A program made the translations under genes and the position numbers. Below the pieces are notes generated by a model, which saw nothing but the letters and a program-made list of their open reading frames with translations, did not search any database and was not told the origin of the DNA. Shown piece after piece: positions 40,693 through 60,768 of a DNA stretch of 64,000 nucleotides. This DNA comes from Anolis carolinensis. Its lineage: Eukaryota. The DNA is taken from positions 5,836,647 through 5,900,646 of the forward strand of contig NW_026943820.1 in NCBI RefSeq assembly GCF_035594765.1, given 5' to 3'. Numbering within the stretch: the first letter of the stretch is position 1; each line of letters begins with the position of its first letter.

Positions 40693-42519
40693 TGTATTAT
40701 AATATAATGGACTGGTCCATGAGGTCACGAAGAGTAGAAAACGACTGAATGAGTGATACGACAATGATATTGTATTACATTATAATATTATCAATATTAT
40801 ATGTATATACAATATATTATATTATTAATATAGCATAATATGAGTAAGGTAAAAAGTAAAGGTTTACCCTGACATTAAGTCAAGTCTGGGGGTTGGTGCT
40901 CATTTCCATTTCTAAGCCAAACAGCCGGCGTTGTCCGTAGACACCTCCAAGGTCATGTGGCCGGCATGACTGCATGGAGCACCGTTATAATACTCATAAT
41001 ATGAGTATTATATTATATTGTTATAGACCCAAAATATGAGCCCACAACTCCCAAATGACAAAATCATTCCCCCCCCCCAACCCCACCAATATTCAAATCG
41101 GGTATTTGCGCCAAATTTGGTCCAGTCAATACAAATACATCCTGCATATCAGATATTTTAAATTACGATTTATAATAGTAGAAAAATTAATAGTTATGAA
41201 GTAGCAACGAAAATAATTGTATAGTTGGGGGTCACCACAACATGAGGAACTGCATTAAGCGGTCAAGGCATTAGGAAGGTTGAGAACCATTGCTCTATCG
41301 AATAAAGCAGTGATGGCCAACCTATGACACACGTGTCAGCACTGACACGCCTAACCATTTTTGCTGCCACATGCAGATTGATTGGACGACTAATGTCTTT
41401 TGTGGCCAAATTTGGTGTGATTTGGTCCAGTGGTTTTGTTATTTACTCCGTGGGAATTATGCACATTACACACACACACACATATATATATAATCATTCT
41501 ATTATTATTCTTTTATTATTGTAGTATATTATTATATTATTACTATTATATTATTCATTATTTGTGACTACAGTAGAGTCTCACTTATCCAAGCCTCGCT
41601 TATCCAAGCCTCTGGATAATCCAAGCCATTTTTGTAGTCAATGTTTTCAATATAGCGTGATATTTTAGTGCTAAATTCATAAATACAGTAATTACTATGT
41701 AGCATTACTGCGTATTGAACTACTTTTTCTGTCAAATTTGTTGCATAACATGATGTTTTGGTGCTTAATTTGTAAAATCATAACCTGATTTGATGTTTAA
41801 TAGGCTTTTCCTTAACCCCTCCTTATTATCCAAGATATTCGCTTATCCAAGCTTCTGCCGGCCCGTTTAGCTTGGATAAGTGAGATTCTCCTGTACATTA
41901 AAACTACAATAGAGAGAAATCAGCGTGGAAACTGCAAGAGGTACCATAGATGGTAATAATGGTAGTAAATAGTTTTTTATTTATTTAATACAGTTATATA
42001 TTACAATTATATATTTTTGTTATTTAAACTATATATATATATATATATATTGTGAAATTATGGGGTTTTTTTTCTCGAAGTGACACACCACCCAAGTCAT
42101 GCTAGGTTTTTTGGTGAATTTTGACACACCAAGTGCAAAAGGTTGCCCATCATTGGAATAAAGAGATCATCTAGTCTAGGCCTGGGCTAACTTGGGGCCT
42201 ACCTCCAAGTGTTTTGGACTCCAACTCCCACCATTCCTAACAGCCTCAGGCCCCTTCCTTTTCCCCCTCAGCCGCTTAAGCGGCTGAGGGGGAAAAGGAA
42301 GGGGCCTGAGGCTGTTAGGAATGGTGGGAGTTGGAGTCCAAAACATCTGAACGGAAGGCCCAAGTAGGCCCAGGCTTGCTTTAGGAAATAACCGGAATGC
42401 CTAACAGGCCCAGTCTCGTTCTGAACTTGCTCCAGAGCCGCCTCCTCCTCCTCCACAAGGCCTACCTCGCTGCTTTCGAACTCTTGCGCGGCCTGAAGGA
42501 AGACGCCCGGGCCCGCCAT
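38963..42519 (-). CDS. TERF2IP: RAP1/TERF2IP, apparently RCT-domain only (~149 aa)
   Basis: Exon 42519-42466 ([18 protein letters not shown], donor GAG|GTAGG) spliced in phase 0 to 39358-38963 ([11 protein letters not shown]...PLWSRQDD...[16 protein letters not shown]); head-to-head with KARS1. Confidence 0.85.
39405..39947 (-). mobile_element. CR1 LINE fragment
   Basis: [11 protein letters not shown]...VTSGVP RT motifs. Confidence 0.85.
39948..41292. mobile_element. Non-autonomous hAT with nested inserts
   Basis: TIRs CAGTGTTTCTCAACCT/AGGTTGAGAACCATTG; 8-bp TSD CTCTATCG. Confidence 0.9.
41308..42155. mobile_element. Non-autonomous hAT with nested MITE (41571-41893)
   Basis: TIRs CAGTGATGGCCAACCT/AGGTTGCCCATCATTG; 8-bp TSD GAATAAAG. 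Confidence 0.9.
42177..42378. mobile_element. Palindromic hAT MITE
   Basis: ~200-bp fold-back centred on CAGCCGCTTAAGCGGCTG. Confidence 0.85.
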
Positions 42520-42628
42520 GGCCTTCAACTTTCCTCCTCAGCTACGAGACTCCATCACCTCAGGCCCTGCCTCCATGCGACTGCGCATGCGCGCCAAGAC
42601 CGGCCTTCCTGCGTGGCGGAGAGCAGTC
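42520..42628. promoter_or_regulatory. TERF2IP/KARS1 bidirectional promoter
   Basis: 109 bp between divergent ATGs; NRF1 motif TGCGCATGCGC 42582-42592. Confidence 0.8.
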
Positions 42629-51028
<8,400 letters not shown>

Positions 51029-51122
51029 CCCCAGGGCTGCTGCAGAGGGAGCCACGGAGGAGAACGCTTCTTCGGGCCTTTCGCCGTTTTTCCGTCCCTC
51101 TGGTCTACGTTTCCCAACCACT

Positions 51123-51128
51123 AATAAA
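51123..51128 (+). terminator. KARS1 poly(A) signal
   Basis: AATAAA 95 nt after the stop codon. Confidence 0.75.
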
Positions 51129-51439
51129 AGCACTTCTGCTGCCGTTGCTGTAGCAGCAGTTTTTTGCAATGAGTTTGTCCTTGGTGATTTCTGGAAGGTG
51201 CAGGAGGGGACCCTGGAGCGCCTTGACCCCAAGTCCCTCTTTATTTAGTATAATAATAATAATAATAATAATAATAGAATATTTAATAATACTAGAATAG
51301 AATATTTAATAATACTAGAATAGAATATTTAGTATAATAATAATAATCATACTATTCATTCATATTATAATATTATTAATTAATGCTGTAATAATATGTA
51401 TTAATACTTATCTTGTTGGAAACGAACCGATGGTACAGT

Positions 51440-52085
51440 TGCAATGAATTTAAAAACACAAAACTTGGCATTATACTAAATGTCCTTTGACCAGAAGCTG
51501 GCCACTTGGAGTGCCTTTGGTGTTGCTATAAGAAGTTCCTCCATGGTGCATGTGACAGGGTTCAGACTGCATTGTAACGAGTGGTCTGTGGTTTACTCTT
51601 CTCCACACTCGCATGTCGTGGACTCCACTTCGTGGCCCCATTTCTTAAGGTTGGCTCTGCACCTCATGGCACTGTTCAGCACCTTCCAAGTCTCCCAGTC
51701 TGTGTGTCCAGCAAGCAAGAGTCCAAAAGTGGCAGGCTAAAAATACGTAACCTCAAGCCTGCCACTTTTGGACTCTTGCTTGCTGAGATGTTCCTGTGAG
51801 TTTCTCTGTAAATCTTAGAAAACTATTTCTTGATTTAAGGCATTGGCATGCTGGCTGATACCCAAACAGGATGAGCCAGAGATGTCATGGCTTTGGCTCC
51901 TACTTCCCGGCAGATGACAGGTGGTGCAGTGCCGGCTAAACAGTATAATTTCTCCAGTGGTGTGGGGCATAGACATGCTGTGATAATGTGCCATGTCTCA
52001 TGAAGAACCACATCCATTGTTTTAATGTGGTGAGATGTGTTCCACATTGGGCATGCGTACTCAGTAGCAGAGTAGCTGAATAGGA
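51440..52085 (-). mobile_element. Vingi/RTE-like LINE fragment
   Basis: YSATEYACPMW...ITACLCPTPLEKLYCLAG non-LTR ORF remnant. Confidence 0.7.
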
Positions 52086-52189
52086 GGAGAGATGAGTGGC
52101 TTGCTTGGCGCCTGCGCAGAAGGAAGGAGGAGCTCCGTCTACTGCGCCTGCGCAAGAGCGGCTCTGCTTTGTTGCCGGAAGTGGGCGCG

Positions 52190-53217
52190 ATGCAGGGCCT
52201 AGCTGAGGCGGTGGCGGCGCGGTGCCTGGAGCACTATGAGGCGCGGCTGCCCAGGCGAGGGAAGCCCCAGGCCGGGCGCGAGTGGACGCTTCTGGCCGCC
52301 GTCCTGAAGGCCGAGGAGGAGGAGGAGCTGGAGGTGGTGGCGGCCGGCAGCGGGACCAAGTGCCTCGGCAGCCAGGAGATGCGTCGGGAGGGTGAGGCCT
52401 AGTCACTTTAGGCAGAACAGGCCTGGGCCTACTTGGGCCTTCCCTTGAGGTGTTTTGGACTTCAACTCCCACCATTCCTAACCGCCTCAGGCCCCTTCCT
52501 TTCCCCCCTCAGCCGCTTAAGCGGCTGAGGGGGGGAAAGGAAGGGGCCTGAGGCGGTTAGGAATGGTGGGAGTTGAAGTCCAAAACACCTCAAGGGAAGG
52601 CCCAAGTAGGCCCAGGCCTGGATTAGATATATAAATAAATTGGAGATCCCAAAGGCCATCCAGTCCAACCCCATTCTGCCATGCATGCGCAAACATTCGA
52701 ACCCTCCCGACAGATGGTCATCAAGCCTCAGCTCCAAACTTCCTTCCTCCTCTGCTTCTCCATCCCACGCAGGCGACGTCCTCAACGACAGCCACGCGGA
52801 AGTGGTGGCCAAGCGCAGCTTCCAGAGGTGGGCTCCTTCCCTCTCCTTACCTTCCCAGACTCCGGGAATCGCCTCCTGCCCTTGGCTTGACCAGGGATGC
52901 CTCTCTTTCCTCCCATCAGGTACCTTTTGGACCAGCTTTGGAAGGCGGTAGTGTGCCAGGACAGCCACAGCATCTTCGTTCCAGAGGAAGAGGGCAAGTG
53001 GGCCTTGCGGTCCGGGATCCGCTTCATCTTCTTCTGCAGCCAGACGCCTTGTGAGTACTGTTTCATTTCATTTCATTTTTTGGTTAATGTTTAAATATTA
53101 TAATCGGTGTATGTTATTGTTTATTGATGTACTGTACATTGTTTTGTTTTGTATCTGATATTTCTGTGAGCCACCCCGAGTCCCCTCCGGGGGAGATGGT
53201 GGCGGGATATAAATAAA

Positions 53218-53261
<44 letters not shown>

Positions 53262-56200
53262 GACACAGCAAACAAGATAGATATGCTGGATTTCGTATCA
53301 CAAAATCACAAGTCAAACACTTCCCAAGTGGCCATGTTCCAGAAGTATTCTCTCCTGATGTTTCGCCCACATCTATGGCAGGCATCCTCAAAGGTTGCCT
53401 GCCATAGATGTGGGCGAAACGTCAGGAGAGAATACTTCTGGAACATGGCCACACAGCCCGAAAGACATACAACAACCCTGTGATCCCAGCCATGAAAGCC
53501 TTCGACAATACACTTCCCAAGTGTCTAGGACTGTGTGATGTATTTTCGGATGATGCGAGCAGATCCCAGTAGAGTAGCCTTTTGCCTTATTATTATTATT
53601 ATTGGGGCTTCAGGGGCCAAAGTGGGGGGCTGTGCTACCGTGAGCAAACTTCCCCACTCCTCCCTCTGTTCTCCTGGGCCTGCCTTGCGGGGGGGGGGGG
53701 GGGCAACAGCTGTGCTCTATTGGATGTTTGTGCTAAAAATGTTAAAGATCTTACACTGTTAGGCTGTTTTGGATTTCAACTCCCACAATTCTTAACAGCT
53801 GGCAGGATGGCCACCTTTCTAGAAGATGCTTGAAGACCCATGCAAATGTTAATGGAGAGGGGGTAATCATAAAACTGAAAAGAAGAAATAGAGGAAAGAC
53901 AATACAGGCAAACCATTTAGTGCACAGGCATTGATTGTTGGTTGCTCAACATGCTCTTCCATTTCTTTCTTATCCTTGGAGGGTGGCCTGGGCTTCCTCC
54001 CGATCCCCATGACTGCAGGACCTTCCTTGGAAGAAATGCACCCCTCCCTCACCCTCTTCTTCCTTCCAGGTGGAGACGCCTCCATCATCCCTGTTCTGGA
54101 GGCAGCAGCGCCCCTGAAGCCCCCTGCTCAAAGCAATGGCGTTGAGGAGGAGGCTGGAGGAGAGTCAGGGACTGTTTCCCCTCCCAAGAGGCCCAGATTA
54201 GAGGACAGAAGTTCCGTCAGAGGGGTCCAGACGGTGGACGTGCACCGGACAGGGGCCAAGTGCGTCCCAAAGGGGCCCTCCGACCCTCTGCTCCCTGGTT
54301 GCGACTACCACATAACGGGGCTCCTGCGGACCAAGCCTGGGCGTGGGCCCCGCACGGCTTCCATGTCCTGCAGCGACAAGATGGCACGCTGGAATGTCCT
54401 GGGCCTGCAGGGGGCCCTCCTGATGCACTTCCTTCAGCGGCCTGTCTACCTGTCAGCCATGGTGCTGGCCCGTTGCCCCTACAGCCCAGAGGCCATGCGG
54501 AGGGCCATCGTCAACCGGTAGGTGAGCCCTTGGTTGTTGTCCAGGCCAGGTGTGTAGGAAATGGAAGTCTGTATGTAAGTTTGTGTGTGCATTTGCGTGA
54601 ATCTCTGAAACACGTTGGAAGGTGTTTCCAATTGTCCTTGGCTTCCTATCTCGGCTCCAGAAGATGAATGGAATGTTATGGCATCTTAAGCAAGGAAACT
54701 GTGCTGGGCCGCCCAGAGTCAACTGCTTTTTGCAGCTTTTGCCCTTCTTTAGCTTTTCTCTCTCCGCACCTGCTTGATCCCAGACTTGTAAGCTCCAAAT
54801 TAGACCTGGACATATTCCCTGAGCAAACTGCTCAATCTGGTGTCATAATTACTCCCGATCATTCTAATTGTGATGGGCTCATAGGGGTGCAATTGGATGA
54901 GATGGCCCAGCTCACTTTCCTTGGTGCCCTCAGGCCTCTTTGGGTGGCTTCGAGGCCCAGTCCTTTCTTTTCCAAGACAAGAATTGAGTAGATGTTTTTA
55001 GGGCACCCTGAGCTCCCATTGGGCTGCCATTGCAATGTCTTCCAGGTGAGCTTCCTGAGTTTCTGAATGGAAGTGTCTGTCTCTCCCCAGGTGCAAACCT
55101 GTTCGGTGTTTGCCAGACGGCTTTGCAGTCCAAGACCCTGAAGTGGAGCAGTCTCAGTTGTGCTTTGTCCACAGCCGTGAAGCAGTGCAAGCCAAAAGTC
55201 CTCTAGGGAAGGTGGTCCCATGTGGAGCAGGTCTGTGCCTTGGGCTTCAGGTGCTGGGCTTCCTCCTTTGAACGGAGAGAAAATGGGGGGCAGGAGGGCA
55301 GGCAGTATTTCCTTGGGCTCATGACACCCTCTCCCTCACTCCTCTGCCCTATCCCAGCCATCAGTTGGAGCGCCGTCTCTGAGCACCCGCTGGATGTCAC
55401 AGCCCGTGGCTTCACTCAAGGGACTACCAAAAAAGGGATCGGAGCCCCCAAGTCCAGGTACACCATCTTGGGCCTGGATAGCGGCGAGAGGAGCCACTCC
55501 ATTGCCCCAGGGTTAGAAGGAAGAAGCTCCAAAAGAAATGCACAGCAGGGATGATGATGGGTAGCTGGGGCGAGCTCTGTCAGGAGTTCTTCCTGAAGGG
55601 GATTGGCTCAGTGTTTGCAGGGCAGCCCACCTGGGAGTGCAGGCCTGCCATCAGGAAGGAGCCCTGTAGGGCCTGCCTCATGGCAGCCAAGGGACTTCCC
55701 AGGCTGTTATGAATCTAGCAATACTTTCTTCCTCCCCTTCAACTTCTCTTGTTACAGAAATTGGGTTTTGACCAAAACAAGGATCAGCCAGGGCTGTACC
55801 AGCCATTTCACCCCTTTCCCAATTTTGCTTTCAGGTCTCGCATCTGCAAGGTGGAGTTGTTCCACGAGTTCCTGAGGCTGGTCTCCAGTGTCCCAGAGGA
55901 GCGTCTTCCACAGTCTCTCCGGTGAGCACCCCTCTGGCTGCTCTCTTGGGGCGATTCCCAGTAGCTCTGTCTGTTCCTGGCAAAGGAGCTTTAAGCATGG
56001 GGTTGTGTCTTACGCTGCAACTAATGAGACCGAAAATTGAGGAGGCACAGTAGAACCGTGGGTGCTTTTATTTGATTCTGGGCTTGCCAGCTTGATTCCC
56101 TTTTTTCCTCTTTGGGGAGGATTTGGGTGGGCACCTTTTATGCTTGGCTGAAGCGGGTTGTACTAGATGGTGCTTGGGTCCCTCAGTTGTTTGTGCGAGC

Positions 56201-57091
56201 CTTGCTGAGGCAGCCGCCTGGGTGAGGTCCATCCAACAGGATCAGTCCCTGACTTCTCTGGTTTCCCTACAGTGGCCTCTCCTTCAGGCCTGGCATCCCC
56301 TTCTGCCTTGTTATTCCACTGAGGGCTTTCCAGGACAAAGGGCCAGATGGTCCCAGTAGATCTTTGGATGGTCTGAGCGTGACCTAAATATGGGAGGATT
56401 GTGCTTTCTGTCCCGAGGCAGAGTCAGCCACATGCCTCACCATCTCCTTTCCTGCTCTCTTTGGCTTCCCAATTTCCTGGGGATTTAGTGGGTCCTAAGC
56501 CGGTTTCCTGTCAGGTGGCTGGGCAAGTTGAGCTACCAGATGGGTCCCATTAGAGGTGTGTTGCTTCTCTCTTGATATTTCCTTGCCTTGCATTTGAACG
56601 CAGGGAGCGGTCAGGGTCAGTGACAGGGTGTCGTGTCCTCAGCCCACTTCTCGCAGAAGAGCTTGGAATCCTGGAGGCTGAGTGCCACGGCCTTCCATCC
56701 TCTCCATGTCTCCCTTCCCATTCACTGCCCTGCACTCCATTGACTCCCCCATAGTGCCCCCTCCCACCTGAGGCTTAAGGCCTTTCTTGAAACGGGGGAG
56801 GGGGGGGGACTGGCTGGAAGGAGCTGATGTCCTGGACTCTTCCAGAGCAGGGCTTGGGGCTACAAAACCTTCCTTCTTTGCACAGGGAGAAGGGGGCAAG
56901 CATTGTGGGAAAGTGCCCCTAAGACTGTGAGGTCAGCTCTCTTTGACATATTCCTCAGAGCCAAGGGGCTGCAGACCTACTGGGATTACAAGGAAGCTGC
57001 AGTCAGTTACCAAGAGGCCTGGAAGGAGCTGCGGGACAAGGCCTTTGGCACCTGGGTGAGGAACAGCCGAGATTACCTGCAGTTCACCTGA
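52190..57091 (+). CDS. ADAT1: tRNA-specific adenosine deaminase 1 (431 aa)
   Basis: Exons 52190-52391, 52773-52827, 52920-53050, 54070-54517, 55091-55230, 55358-55457, 55835-55921, 56959-57091 (1296 nt); DSHAE, PCGDA and SCSDK zinc-deaminase motifs. Confidence 0.95.
52418..52620. mobile_element. Near-perfect palindromic hAT MITE
   Basis: CAGGCCTGGGCC...GGCCCAGGCCTG, ~100-bp arms. Confidence 0.9.
53220..53603 (-). mobile_element. R4/Dong-like 3' end in (TTA)n with nested inverted Penelope (53328-53511)
   Basis: (TTA)n on both sides; Penelope flanked by ACACTTCCCAAGTG duplication. Confidence 0.75.
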
Positions 57092-59273
57092 GAGCGGAGG
57101 CCGCCTGACCATCCAACTGAAGTGCATCCAGTTTTCTCAAGGCAAGATGGACAATTTTGAGGGCTGGAGGGGACTGTGACCCAGTGGGGAGAGGCTTTTA
57201 TTGGAACAGTGTTGCATCTGCAAACATCTCTTTCGGCTCCTCACACCTGGAAGAGAGAGCTGGCCCAAACCTGGAAAGTGGAGAGAGCGGAACAGAGGTG
57301 CAGCTTTGGTTCTCCTGCATATGGGGTGGTGCCTCTGCCTCTCCTGCTGTGTTAAGTCCCAGTGTGGGGAAAGTACAGTCCTGCCACGCCCAGGACAGCA
57401 ACCAGGTCAAAGTGGCCGCTAGTGGGCCCTCACTATGCGACGCCAGCCTCACTGGAAAAATTGATCCTAGTTGCCTCAGGTACAAGCGGAGTTGTATTTG
57501 TAATTCTGTTAACAGATTAAAGTTTCATTAGCAACATCATATTTGAAGACCTGATTTAGACTGGCAGGTTCCTAGGTCTGGTGACAATGCATTTTATCAA
57601 TGGCGTTTAACCATAGGACGCATTGGAAGTGATCAAATGCTTTGTCATTTGGCTTGTCTGGTGTTTGATATAGCTGAAGCCCAGCTCAATATTATAAGTC
57701 TCTTTCAGCTGGCTCTGCTTACATTGGAGTGCTCCCTGTCCCAGAATATTCTCCAGGACTTAATCAAGGCCATAACCCCATTACTTGTCCAGACAGAGAC
57801 CACTTAATGTGTCCATGGGTTCCATTTGCTAGAGTCACTTTTCCTCCCCTTAGGAGTTGTGGCATTTTGATTTCCCATTGCATTTAGATGCTACAGTAGA
57901 AGAAAGGATGGCCTCCAGGTGTTGGCCAGACCTCTACTCCCCTTAGACACAGCTGGGGCAGTGACCGTGGGAGCTGGAGCACAAACCACAGGCACACAGG
58001 CTTCCTCAGAGGGAGGGTTGGAGGAAGGGAAGGGCCAGCAGGGCACCTTGCTTGCTTGCTTCTGAGTGAGCACTCAGCCCTGCCCCAGGGCTTGGGGGAG
58101 AGCACTCCAGAGCGGCTGCCAGGTCATTTATGGGGGAAAATTCCCACTGAAGGTCAGGGCAATCTGTCTCCTTCTGCGCTTGGCTGCCTCTTGTTAATTA
58201 TGAACTTCTATTGCTGATAAGGGCTGCCAAGGGGATGCCAGACACAGAACCAGCTGTGGCTGCCACCAACTTGTTCTGCGGCTCTGCAAGTAGTGAATGA
58301 GCCCTCTCTGGAGCCATCAGAAGCAGCAGGGAGCTGGCCAGGCAAGAAACGGCTTTGAGCCAAAAGGAAGATAATTGGTTCCAGAGGCTCTTGCTCCTCT
58401 ATCCCACAAGTATCTTTGGAAGGAGTTAGTGAGCAAAACCATGCCAAGGGCCAAAGCCACCTTGCACCCAGCCCCACCTGTCACCCAGCAGCCAGTGTCC
58501 TGCACTGGGTTCTCCCTGTCTAGTTAGAAAGCATACAACCGCCCTGCCTCTCATTTCTGGTATAGTCTGGTCTGGCAGAAAGGAGGTCAGGGGACAATCA
58601 GGGGTTCTCCACAAAAACTTCAGGTTCCCTTTTTGGGCAGAGCTGTGAATGCAGACCATTGAAGGCCTCCCCAGCCTTGTTTGGGGAATTCCTGGAACAT
58701 TGGGGGGGGGGGGGGAGTGCTCATGGATTGTGGGTGGCAAACTGGTCCAGGGTCTCTTTTGGGGAAGCTTGATCCCAGTGCAGTATTTGTAAGAAAGCAG
58801 AACTGCAAGTTTTGTGTGAGGATTTTTTTAATTACTTCCTCAAGCAAAATTCATCAAGAGGAACAAAGTAACCGAGATCAGCATCTCTAGGCCGAGAATC
58901 TCCCGTTGCTACAAAACTGTAATTATTAATAATTAGCCAAACGTTCATTTCAAAATCCCGCTCCCACCTTCATTTTCAACCCTTCACCTGTTTAAATAAT
59001 GCCATCGAATACGTCCCAGAGGAAGTTAACTATGGAATTTACAGCTATGACTACAATGTGCAATGCGGAAATAAAACGGTTTTATAACTTATCAGGCTAA
59101 TTAACATCAACAACAACAACAACAGCAAGAGAAACACCCCTACCCACATATTAGGTCAACGCAGGGAGGGATGCCGGAGGTGCCTTGGAGCCATGATTGC
59201 AGGCAAGGCGCTATTTACAAGGAAGGGATGCGGCGGTGGCGGAGGAAGGCAGGCAGGAAGGAAGAAGGTCCCC

Positions 59274-60768
59274 TCAGGCCCCGAAGGTGTTCTCTCCGCT
59301 GTAGGCCACGTACAGGAAGCCGTCCTCATCCTTCTCCTTCTCATACAGCTGCCCCATGGTCAGGCTGCAAGGGAAGGAAACAGGCAGCTGGGAAATGGAA
59401 AGGGGGCTCCAGGGCAAGGAGGGCCCCTCTGCCTCCTGCTCGTTCTGGCAGGAGGAGGAGGCCTGGCAGCCACCTCGAGTGCTGCATTCACTTAGGAGAT
59501 GAGTGCCTTTGGACCTTTAAGATCTTTCAAGGTACGGTATTCTTGTCATCGTACACCAAGGCCCCTAGAGCAGGCATGGGCCAACTTCAGCCCTCCTCCA
59601 GGCGTTTTGGACTTCAGCCCGCACAATTCCTAACAGCTGGAGTTGAAATCCAAAACATGTGGAGGGAGGGCCAGAGTTGGTCCATGCCTGCCTTAGGGGC
59701 TTCTGGGACCTGGAAGGCCACAGGGTGAACAGGTCTGCCAGAAACAAATCCATAAATGGGTGCGTGGTTTCTGGGTTGTATGGCCGTGTTCTAGCAGCAT
59801 TTTCTCCTGATGTTTCGCCTGCATCTATGGCCACCGAAATCCACAAGCACATGGACAATTTCAGTGTAACCATGGATGTAACCATGTAAATGAACAAAAT
59901 GTGGCTACCAGTATTGAAAAACACTAGAACCAAGACAGTAACTAAGGAACACTATCCAGATACAGGTGGTGTTCAGACAGTACGCAATCAAGGGCCAGTG
60001 AACACAACCCACTCAGGATGATTCCAGGCAACGAACTGTTCAAAGGGAACAAAGCTACTTCCAAGCTTGTTAATTGCAACCTTTGCACTTGTATAAACAC
60101 ACAATTGTTCTTTCTCCAATCCTGGACATGCCACAGATATATGTATACTCCACTTGCTTTACCACCATCAGATCCTCTGAAGATGCCAACCACATGCAGG
60201 CAAAACAAAAAGGAGAAAATGCTAAAACACATTGGCCATATAGCCTGGAAACTACACAACACCCCGGTGATTGCAGCTGTGAAAACCTTTGACAATACAT
60301 CGAATCCATGAAAGTTCAGAAGGATCCTGGAGGGTGGGGTCCCAGAGGAGGAGTCGTGCTCTACTCAAGGAAGACTAACAGCCAAGGCTCTGCCCCACAG
60401 TGCCCCACAAACCTGGATTGTGGGACAGTCTTGTCCACAAAGAGGAAGATGGCTTTCTCGGAGGGCAGCTGGATCCGCTTCCGGATGATCCACATGAACT
60501 GTGCCACCGTGATGTCCGAGGGCACCAGGTACTTCCGCTTGTCGATGTCTACGATCTGGGAACCCGAGACCTTCTCCACGATCACCTGCAGGGAGGAATG
60601 GAAGGAGCTCAGAGGGGAAAATGGGTCCGGACCCAAGAGAAGGCGGCTTTGCTCAGACCCAGGCCCTGGGGAGGGAAGAAAGAAGGGAGGGAAGGAAGGA
60701 GGGGAGACTCACCGGGACACGGTCGGGGTACTTGGCCCGGATCTTGGCCGACTCCACGCAGCGGTGCT
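59274..60768 (-). CDS. GABARAPL2: GABARAPL2/GATE-16, exons 2-4 (5'-partial)
   Basis: Exons 60768-60713, 60585-60413, 59364-59274; [40 protein letters not shown]...YSGENTFGA*. Confidence 0.96.
59757..60300. mobile_element. Penelope-like element with inverted end
   Basis: Short minus-strand pLTR 59757-59830, then plus-strand 3' region with a decayed hammerhead. Confidence 0.65.
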
